64,000 nt of DNA from Sphyrna mokarran (lineage: Eukaryota), in assembly GCA_024679065.1 (NCBI GenBank), contig JAGIQG010000005.1, positions 102,362,001 to 102,426,000 on the forward strand, given 5' to 3'. Under the pieces are notes generated by a model, which did not search any database, was not told the origin of the DNA, and saw nothing but the letters and a program-made list of their open reading frames with translations. The position numbers were made by a program, and so were the translations under genes. This document shows positions 54,451 through 64,000 of the stretch, one piece after another. The number at the start of each line of letters is the position of its first letter. Position 1 is the stretch's first letter.

Positions 54451-55139
54451 GTTTAAGCAGGACAAAGGCCAGAGCCTGCCTCTTCAAAATATCTAAATGA
54501 AATGGTTGTCTGAATGCTTTGATTATGAGGACTCATTTAGGTTCTACTGGTGCCATAATTTTAGCCTCCTCAGCTCCCTCTCCACACCACCCCCACCTCC
54601 CCACTCCATGTCACCAACACAAAGCAGTCCTTTCCACTAACCAAAAACAACTTTCACAGTACCTCCATTGGTAATCTTTAATTCATTTTTATCTCCTCAG
54701 ACAAGATTAAATGGCTACCCACCAGCCAGCAACCAAAAAATGGAAAACTGCTGCAAAAGAATAGAAGATAGGGCTGAATTTTGTCTGTGTGCAAAAGGTA
54801 GGCAAATAGCCATAGAGTTTTTTCTGAAGGAAATCCAATTCTCTTCTGTATCCCCGACCCCACACCATTTCCTTCTAGTCTTAATGCCTTATATAAAAAT
54901 AGTTGCTCAGAGGTCTGCTTGCCAATTTAAATGGGGGAGGGGGGCAAAATAAATAGTATTTTGGATTTCCACGCACACATTAATTTAGTCTGGTGGCACA
55001 GATTTATGGTAACCCATTAAAAACATGCCAGGTATAGGCATCCACACTCCTAAAGTAGTGAATTACATGATAACCTATTTATCACCCAAGCATTACTTCC
55101 ATCTCAGCTACACCAGTTCTGCATCTGAAACTGTGGCAG

Positions 55140-56590
55140 CAGGGCTCTTTAAGGGGGCAATCTCCAAGAGCCACATGGTCAGGCTGGACCCAATAGCAAG
55201 ACTGTATGGGAAGCTGAGCCAGATGCAAGAGTAGGGGAGAAACCAGGGAGGAGAGAGAGAGTAGATGTTTATGTAGTTCTGTCAAACCCTTATGAGTCAC
55301 CTGCAAAGTTACTACACTGGAGACAAGGCAAAACGTTTTAGTCATTGAGGGATCAGCATGAAGCTAGAGAGGGACAGGGAGAGTTGAGCATAAGAAACAA
55401 GATACATACACATGAAAAAATTATTGGCAACATTGAACCATTTAACCCAGATGTGGAAAACTAGACACAGTATATTGAAAGGGTGCATTACTTTTGTGTA
55501 GCAAATGAGGTCACAGTAGACAAAAAATAGTGTTTCTCCTGTCTGTGATACACAAACATGCAGTTTAGTGCAGGGTCTAACATCATCTGATGCTCTATAC
55601 ACAAAGTCTTTTGACCAGATAGAGTGGTTAGTCAAAAATCATTTTAATCCCTGACCCTCATTTTTTTATAAATTTCTTTCGGGAGCCAGTCTCTGGTTTC
55701 GTGGCCAGAGAGGATTAGCAAAGCAATGTGAATTTTGCTGTGCACTAGGAGACCGTTTGGATTGTGGAATGAACAGCCTTATAATTCAGATATTATTAAT
55801 GGCCCAGACCAAAATCCCTTTAGAAAAAGCTGTGGAGTTGACCCAATTAAACATACTGAGCAAGGCATGAGTGAGTTTACATGACCAACGAGGGGAACAA
55901 CAATTTGTGGAGATAGTGAATAGTCAGAGTACTTCAGCCAGCATCAATTACTCAGGGGCATAGCTTGAAAGGGGTGGGGGGGGGTAGTTTAAAAGAGACG
56001 CAAGGGGCACATTTTGCCACACACAGTGGGTGGTGAATGTCTGGAACGCACTCTCAGAGGAAGAGGTGGTAGGAGTAGATTCTATAACACTCAAGCCATC
56101 TGGCTAGATACACAAACAGGATGCTCAAATAGAGGAATATAGACCGTAGAAGAAAGTAGATTAGATTAGAGAGGCATCTTTGTCGGCATAGGCTTGGTGG
56201 GCTGAAGGTGTTCCTGTGCTGTACTGTTCTTTGTATTTAAAAACGTTCCTTTTTTCCATTCACAGGTGAACTGAGGAGTGGCAGTTTGGGAAAAGGGAGA
56301 CAGGGGAACAGGGTGATGGTGGGTAAGGGCTAGTGATGGAGGAGTGTGGCCCTTTAAAAAGGAAGTGATCAGGCCAGACCCTATCAATATGCAGCATGGG
56401 AAACCAATTGGGTGCAAAGGCACAACCTGGGTCTTGGAGGAACTTCATTTGGAGTCAGGAGGAGAAGAAAAAGGTACGTGTAGAGTTTCGTCAAACCCAT
56501 GCTTGTGCATATAAAACTGTTGATTATAAACCCTTTATATCTTGAAGCCACAAGTTGCCTTCAGAGTCATTATACTATTACTATAGCTTT
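55140..56590 (+). mobile_element. Internally deleted Gypsy LTR element: gag N-terminus flanked by two diverged LTR-like copies
   Basis: IIGNIEPFNPDVEN*TQYIERVHYFCVANEV...KSFDQIEWLVKNHFNP...DRLDCGMN...LEKAVELTQ (55420-55850). PBS-like aca|ctggagacaagg at ~55317. Similar segments at ~55140-55316 and ~56345-56590. Confidence 0.75.
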
Positions 56591-59019
56591 TGTAATCTCA
56601 AATGTCTTCTTCTTTGAGCTATCTTGAAACTGGTCACTGTACTTCAGCCAACGTACTCAAATCTTCACTGAGAGGAGCAAGTGGAGGACACAAACTACTC
56701 CATGAAAGCTGTGTCAAGTTAGCACTCCTGCAAGTATCTGTTTTAGCACCTCCAAACAAGTTCAAATTACAGTAATAAGAAATTAGGATTAAAAAAAACT
56801 GATTTAGCACTTGCTTTTATACTCTAACCAAACTAACTCCCTTATTTGCATAATTAGCTAGGACTAAACTATTCTTTCCAGTCACAGTTGATTTTGTTGA
56901 CACAGTTTTGAACAATCATTTATGCCCTCATAACATCTTTGGGGTTAAATCAAAAATCGATGGCATCAGTTACACTGCATGGCATGCCAAAAAGACATCA
57001 ATGATACTGTAGAGAAGACATTATTATGCTGTTATGCTAAGTCTCTGAACTGTATTAACTCCAGGACTGATTTTAATCCTGAAGCAATATAGACTAAATG
57101 CCAAATCTTAAACACAAAAAACAGTTCAATAAAGAGGCTTGATGGGATGTATGGTTAAATGGGGTCTTGTGGATGGAGGATATACATCAAGAGTCAGGAA
57201 GGTCCAAACACATACATTTTTTGTCAAGATTCGTAAAGGTAATAAATTTCAAAAGGAGCCTTTACACTAGCTGCAAAGTAGCCATAGCACAAGCTGCAAA
57301 GATTGTGTTGCCAAAGACATTATTACTTGCAGTCACATCTTAACACCAGTCAAATAAAGACGATTACATCATGAGACAGCGTGGAAAAAGACCATTAGAA
57401 AATAATTGAGATTCATAGTGAGCACGCGTGGAATGGATAGACTAGAATGCAATAAACTATCCACTGCTTGAATCATGCATCATATAAAATAATTGTTCAT
57501 TTACTTCCTAGTAGAGATATTGCAGGATTTACAATAACAATGCAACTAACACTCATCTTCACTGGTGCACCATCAGATAAAACAGTGGAAGACCATTTTT
57601 GTGAGCAGAATGAAACTAAGGGTGAATGCATGCTGCAAATTTTAGAATTGATGTGAAGCAAGTTGAATTGCAGAGAGTAAACGCACCCCAAGAAACAACT
57701 CTTCACAGAAACTGAGTGTCTTACAAGTAGTGTCTTCTCAAAATATTAGCTGAATTTGATCTGACAAAGGCTTATGGTTTCAATAGCATTATACAAGGCA
57801 AATCAAAACCCAGATCTAATCTTGCTGCCCTTGTTTCAAGGCAGCTGAAATGCTGGATGGATTAAATAATCAATCACATCCACCCCTCCCAGAGTGCCAT
57901 TCTCAGTTGCAGCATCATCTCCAGCTCAAGGTTGTTTGTATTAGCATCACCAAGAGCAGAGAAAAGACATTAAAAAGGACTGCAGTCCTCACAGGCTGTC
58001 CATATGGAATTCAGAGCCAGTCTAGTCATTAGTCATCATGCACAATGGGGTCTCCTGAAGGGTCATAAAAGCAGATAAGCAGTGAGAATGCTTAGTGTTT
58101 GTTTTGAAATGTTGGGAGAAAAATTGTTATTTTCAGTGGAAATTATAATCTATCATGCAATGGGGATATCAAGTCCTGAAATAGCTTTTAGTAGAGTAAA
58201 AATAAACCACGTTTTGCTTAGCAATTTGAAAGAATGTCACAAGGAATGTTGGGGGTGATTTTCCCAGGATACTTTTAGGCTCCAATGAGCTTCTGAGGTG
58301 TCTTTAGCTGAAAGATCAGTTTAGCCCATGCTTTAGCATAGAAAGCCAACTCGATCAAGGAGTTGGTACTCACAGCAGGACTGTTATTGTGCTGACTGCC
58401 AACCAAGTTGCCTGTGAGCACCAAGGCTGCACTGCATTTTGGTGGCTAGTGCTTAACCTCATGGCTCTCCCAGTTCTGACAGAGCATCATCCAGACTTCT
58501 CATTCCACAGATGCTATCAGACGTGCAGATATTCCAGTATCTTCTGTTTTTGTTTCAGATTTCAACATCCATAGTATTCTGCTTTCGTCTTGGATTGTGC
58601 GAGTTCATCCTTGGTCTACGAAGTTGGCTTAATCTAAACAGGAACTATGAAGTAGTTTTGTTTCATCTTTGGTGGTCCGCATAAACCCTTGTAAAACGTG
58701 TGCAAGCTTTTCATGATAGAAACAGGACACGTTCCAATCAGTTCTGCACATGGCATAGATTGGTGCAAGAAACTTTCCATGACCACCTTGCAGCATATCC
58801 TTGACTGGGCAAAGCACATGACGGTGTTGCTTTTGGCTTTCTCAGGTCTGATGAATTAGAATGCTATATCTCGTGCCTGCTGGAAGATGGCAATAATTTT
58901 GCTGCAAGTATACTGCAGTTTTTATTGCAGTTAGCACTGTCCTTTTTTTAATGAAATGGTGAACATGTTTTCAACAAGCAACATGGCAATGATAAACTTC
59001 TGGTGTAAAACTCAATTAG

Positions 59020-59343
59020 TCAATGACAACAAAATACTGCAGATACTGGAAATCCAAGCAGAACAGTTCTACAGAAGGATCATTTAGATCTAAAACATTA
59101 CCACTATTTCTCCCCATGGATACTATGAGACCTGAGTTTATTCAGCAGGTTTTTATTTCAGTTAATTAACATGCTGCTCATAATTAATATATTACTACTT
59201 TTGGTGAAATTTCACATTCAGCTGGAAATGCTTTTGCAAAGTAAATACTGAAGTGTTGCTCGTTTTACTTTGCAAAACCATTTCCAGCTGAATGTGAAGT
59301 TCTGTTTGAATTTCCAGTATCTGCAGTATTTTGCTGTCATTGA
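59020..59343. repeat. Composite nested inverted repeat
   Basis: 59211-59245 vs 59264-59298 match at 34/35, and 59020-59064 vs 59299-59343 match at 42/45, as reverse complements. Confidence 0.9.
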
Positions 59344-59879
59344 TTGCAGTCTAAAAACACATGGAACAATCCTTGTAAGAGATGAAGCATCAATCCTTAC
59401 TAGAAACAAGAACAAAAACTATTGCAGAAGAATTAAAATGGTTTAATTTTTGACATAGACAAAACAATGTCCAAATTGTGAATGGGTTACAAATTATGCA
59501 AGGAACTGAACCGAAAAGTAAAATCTGACAAATGGATCGACCAGATACTGCAAATACTAGAACAGCTTGTCAAAAGCTATGCTTTTTAAACTGCGGTAAA
59601 CCAAAACATTATAAAACTAAATGTGCACAGTCATGAGGCAAGCGTACTATGAGCAGGACAATAGTACACATTATATTCAGAGTTTTCCTGAGCCAGTTAT
59701 AATAAGCTGAATCAGCACAATAAAGAAAAAGATGCCCTCCAAACTAGGGGACACTGCCAGTGTGTGTCATATATTGGTCATCATTCAAAACCACATGGCT
59801 GGGGTGATAACTCTGATGGGTCCACAAATAGTTCAAATTATAGAAAGGTTCTGTTGACAGATTAACAATCATGAATATT

Positions 59880-60712
59880 GACCAGGAAGTTGCAGATTCA
59901 ATTCCTGATTGCTTGGCAGTCACAATTCAGCAACAGGATAAGTGTGTAGTGGTCCATTTTGACAAGTCCAATGGGATGAAGGAGTATAATATCAAGGGTA
60001 AAACTCTTAGCAGTGTAGAGGATCAGAAGGACCATGGGGTCCGGGTCCACAGGACTCTCAAATTGGCCTCGCAGGTAGAGAATGTAGTCAAGATGGCGTA
60101 TGGTGTACTAGCCTTCATTAATCAAGGGATTGAATTTAGGAGTTGGGAAATTAATGCTGCAGTTTTAGAAGACCTAGTCAGACCCAACTTGGAGTACTGT
60201 GTGCAGTTCTGGTTGCCTCATTACAAGAAAGATGTGGAAGCTTTTGAAAGGGTGCAGAGGAGATTTACAAGGATGTTGCCTGGATTGGGTGGCATGCCTT
60301 ATGAGGATACAATGAGGGTGCTAGGTCTTTTCTTGGAGAGATGAAGGACGAGAGGTGACCTGATAGAGGTTTATAAGATGTTGAGAGGTATAGATCGGGT
60401 GGATTCTCAGAGGCTATTTCCCAGGGCTGAAATGATCATGAGAGGATGTAGGTTTAAGGTACTGGGGAGTAGGTACAGAGGAGATGTCAGGGGTGAGTTT
60501 TCATTCAGAGGGTGGTGGGTGAGTGAAATTTGCTGCCGTCAGTGGTGGCGGAAGAGGCAAATTCGTTAGGGTCTTTTGAGAGACTTTTGGATCAGTACAT
60601 GGGATTTAATGGAATTGAGGATTATAGGTACGCCAAGTAAGTAGGGATATGATCAGCGCAACTTGTGGGCTGAAGGGCCTGTGTGCTGTAGTTTTTTTTA
60701 ATGTTCTATAGC
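59880..60712 (+). mobile_element. CR1 LINE 3' end
   Basis: LVRPNLEYCVQFWLPHYKKDVEAFERVQRRFTRMLPGL (ORF 59871..60344) plus 3' tail gggctgaagggcctgtg...ttctat. Confidence 0.9.
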
Positions 60713-62699
60713 ACTAAGTGCTTGCTTAACATTTCATTGAGTTCCTACGTGCAAATCCAACTGAAACAATGTCACATGAAGTAGATTTTCCCATTACAAC
60801 CAATGTAAAAACTTTAGTTGGGTTCCGTGGGATCTTTCTTATCTAAAAAATAAAGCATCAAAACATTTTACCATGCCAGACTCAATTGTGAAGGGCTACT
60901 GCTGCAACAAGGTATCAAAGACAATGGAGCACAGAAAGCTGCATCCCAGCAAAAAGTTCTGAACCTCAAGACAGGAATGAGGGCAACTGGAGACAAAAAC
61001 AAACAAATGCTTGCACTAGAATAAGTTTAGAGAAACACAAATTCCCTACTGATACAATTTGCATTAACAGTTGTCTCTGTTGTTACAGGGAGTTATGCTA
61101 GATACAGGTGTTGAGGGTTGGTAACTATTCAGTCTTGAATTGGACAGTTAAGATTTTAGATGGTCAACTGCTTTGTTCCTTTTTATGATCCACATAATTT
61201 AAAGATTACTGAAACTTCAACTTCATTAACAAACTTTAGCTAACTTTATCCCATAGACCGAAGTGTTAAGAAACCAGGCATAGGTAAGGAAAACATCACC
61301 AAGGTGATTCCCTCTCCATATATATCATTATTAATGACCTTGCCAGAGCTCAATAAATCCGTACAGATTGAGTACCTGTTATCTGTTAATCTAAGAACCA
61401 AACACATCTAAGCCAACCTCTTGTTTTAACTTCAACTTTTAGTGTAGGACCAGAGCAAACACTAACCTTGCCGACTGCATCCGGCCTTTAGTGCGGGAAG
61501 TGTAGTTGTTTGTCTGCACTATTTACTTTGAGAATCCCTCTCCTACAAACAATACTCCAGATGGTGCTGAGTGGGAAATTATGGATACCCTACATCCATT
61601 ATTCAGTGGTGTGTCTTATTTTTCTAGCCATTTTATTTACTTTGGATTTTTGACAACCTATAGACTTCTGTCACTGTAAAATAAGCCTAGGCCCAGGTAC
61701 GATATCAATCAAAACTCTGAAATCCAAAATGCAATTGGCCCCAAGGATTTCAAATAAAGGACAGCTGACCTGCATTTGGTAGGGATTATTGCCAGAAATG
61801 GGAATTAACTTCTAAATGGCACAAAACTCAGCATTATAAGGTTATTTTTTGACTATTTGTGCATTATTACTTTGATGTCTTTACTACCAAGATGAAGCTG
61901 GAAATACAAAATAAGCCAACAGTTAAATGATGCAGAAGTTGATGCTAAAAGCTCTGTATGATCTTTGTTAAAAGGGTAATGAGAAAACTACACAACCTGC
62001 ATCAGACAGTCATTGAATAATCCAACATAAGTAGGAATTAAAAGACAAACTGAGCAGATGGGAGATTAAGACATCTGCATCAGTAACAGCTATACATACA
62101 AGAAACAACTTCCAAATGAGAGGGCTAATGGTGAGTTTTCACCAATAAACAAAAGCTTCTCTAAAATTTCTAACTACTCTTCTGAATTGTTGTTTCTGCA
62201 TGAATACTACATTGAACATTCTTCTCATCAAGCACTGAGGCAGAACACAGGAAAACAAGGCATTACACGAGCACATATTCCATCTGCTTCAATGCTCGGA
62301 AAGTTCAACGAATAAGAGGGGAAAAGATTACTACAGCTCCAAGACAATCACCATATATCTGGATTTAACTGATCTCCGGAGGAAATGGCTTGGTTGATAA
62401 ATCCAGGTTCAATGCCGTACAATACAATAGAACTTCAATCACTCACCATAATGGTGGTGTTACCCCATACTTCAGATGAAGGAAACCAGTAGTTAAGAGT
62501 CCCCACATTGTACAGTTAATTGATAATTGCTCTGTCTCTTCTCATCTGCTTGCCCCCGTCATCTTTGGTGGGAAACTCCATTGCGTTTTCTGGCAACAAT
62601 CAATGTCTGTTCTCTGAACTGTTCTCTTTCAAAATGCATTCACGGTAGCACCCAACTTTCCTGGGAGAGCTGATCAAAAACTCGACCTTCCTCACAGGG

Positions 62700-63135
62700 A
62701 TCCTCAATTGCAGTGGGGGATGCTTGCTGAGTCAGAAGGCTGTGGACTCAAGTTCCTCTCCATGACTTCAGTGCAAAAAAAAACCTAAGCTGATCCAGTG
62801 CAATGCTGAAGGAATGCTGCACGTCAAGAGGTACTGCTCTTCAAATGGGACCTTCTAGGTCCCGTCTGCCCTCCCTGATGGCTGTAAATGATCCTACAGT
62901 ACTATGATGAACAGCAGGGAACTGATCCCCAGTGTATTAGTTATCAAGCAACAATCACAAAACCAATTATCTAGTCATTTTCACATTATTCTTTGTCAGA
63001 GTTTACTGTTCACAAATTGGCTACCATATTTCCTACATCAGTGAAGACACATAGGGCAAAAAAAAACACTTCATTGGATTGTAAAAGCACTTGGTCATAA
63101 AAGACACTATGTAAATACAAGCCTTTACTTCTTTC
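62700..63135 (+). mobile_element. DeuSINE (SacSINE1/AmnSINE1-like) ancient SINE
   Basis: gagtcagaaggctgtgg...ccagtgcaatgctgaaggaatgctgc...ttatctagtcattttcacatt...cacaaattggct...aaagacactatgtaaatacaag has the layout of the Deu-domain SINE family. Confidence 0.65.
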
Positions 63136-63244
63136 CCACTATCAGCAATCTGGAACAGTTTTGATCGCAGCTGAGCTGTAGATTTAAAATAGAAAACCTA
63201 CTCACTTTCATGCACATCTTCGCCAGTGATGATTAGGAACGTTC

Positions 63245-64000
63245 ACTGCTCAGAGGCAATCACACAACTCAAAGCGTTTGTGTTTCCATCAAGTCACCTC
63301 TTATTCTAAACTCCAGCAGATACAAACCTAACATGTCCAACCTTTCCAAGGCAAGCCGTCTATTCCAGGTATTAGTCTGGTAAACTCTCAAATACTTCCT
63401 TCCTAAAATAAGGTGATCAATACTGTACACAGTACCCCACGCATTGTCTCAAATGTTCTATAACTGAAGCAAAACCTCCCTACTTTAGTATTCAATTCCT
63501 CTCACAACAAACTAATATTCTATTAGCTTTCCCAGTTACTTACTGCACCTGTAAACTACCCATTTTACAATTCATGCACTAAGACAGACAAATCCCTCTG
63601 CACCTCAAAGTTCTGCAATCTCTCGCCACTTAGATAATACGTTTCTCTACTATTCTTGCCAAAACGAACAACTTCACGTTTCACACATTATACTCCCATA
63701 TTGCAGATCTTTACCTATTCATTTAGTCTGCATATGTCCTCTTCACAACTTACTTTCCTACCTACCCTTGTCATCCAAAATCTGGCAATCAAATCCATTG
63801 CTTTATCCAAATCATTTATATAAATCTTAAACAGTCTGAGCACAGAGCCCTATGACAACACTCATTACATCTTGCCAATCTGAAAAAGACCCATTTATGC
63901 CTCCTCTCTACTTCCTGTTAGCCGGCCAATCTCTTGCTATCCACGCCAGCATGTTACCCCTATACCATGGCCTATTCTACAATAACCTTTGGCATGGCAT
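63245..64000 (-). mobile_element. CR1 LINE fragment
   Basis: Reverse complement of CR1 RT and 3' sequence (tactgtacacagtaccc..., aaagacccatttatgcct). Confidence 0.75.

Noticed and set aside
59871-60569. 157-aa and 63-aa ORFs as a host gene
   Set aside because: Frameshifted C-terminus of a CR1 reverse transcriptase.
61930-62000. Minus-strand FNKD as a possible upstream TDRP exon
   Set aside because: An in-frame stop lies just upstream, and the expected GWKEVTSL context is absent.

Overview
Vertebrate genomic DNA, very likely a shark or other elasmobranch, inferred from HE1-like tRNA SINEs, a DeuSINE-like element, and abundant CR1 and Penelope fragments. The window holds one complete multi-exon gene on the + strand, FBXO25 (atrogin-1/FBXO32 family F-box protein). 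It has 10 coding exons from 8142 to 43287, all with GT-AG junctions in consistent phase, giving 1158 nt or 385 aa including a 27-nt DYHLALLFK microexon, and its promoter lies in a CpG island. The last coding exon and probable long 3' UTR of TDRP lie on the - strand, tail-to-tail with FBXO25; no upstream TDRP exon was found in the window. The rest is intron or intergenic DNA full of transposon fossils: two decayed Gypsy/Ty3 LTR elements (one next to the FBXO25 promoter), two Harbinger transposase fossils, an inverted Penelope-like pair with a hammerhead-ribozyme core, and CR1/Rex1/L2 LINE and SINE pieces. There is one 131-nt N gap. I found no clearly new multi-gene system. The most unusual signals are a composite nested inverted repeat or hairpin at about 59.0-59.3 kb, the conserved microexon, a templated local duplication inside a SINE, and the promoter/5'-UTR architecture of FBXO25. 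Homology calls come from remembered family motifs, not database searches, and transposon boundaries are approximate.
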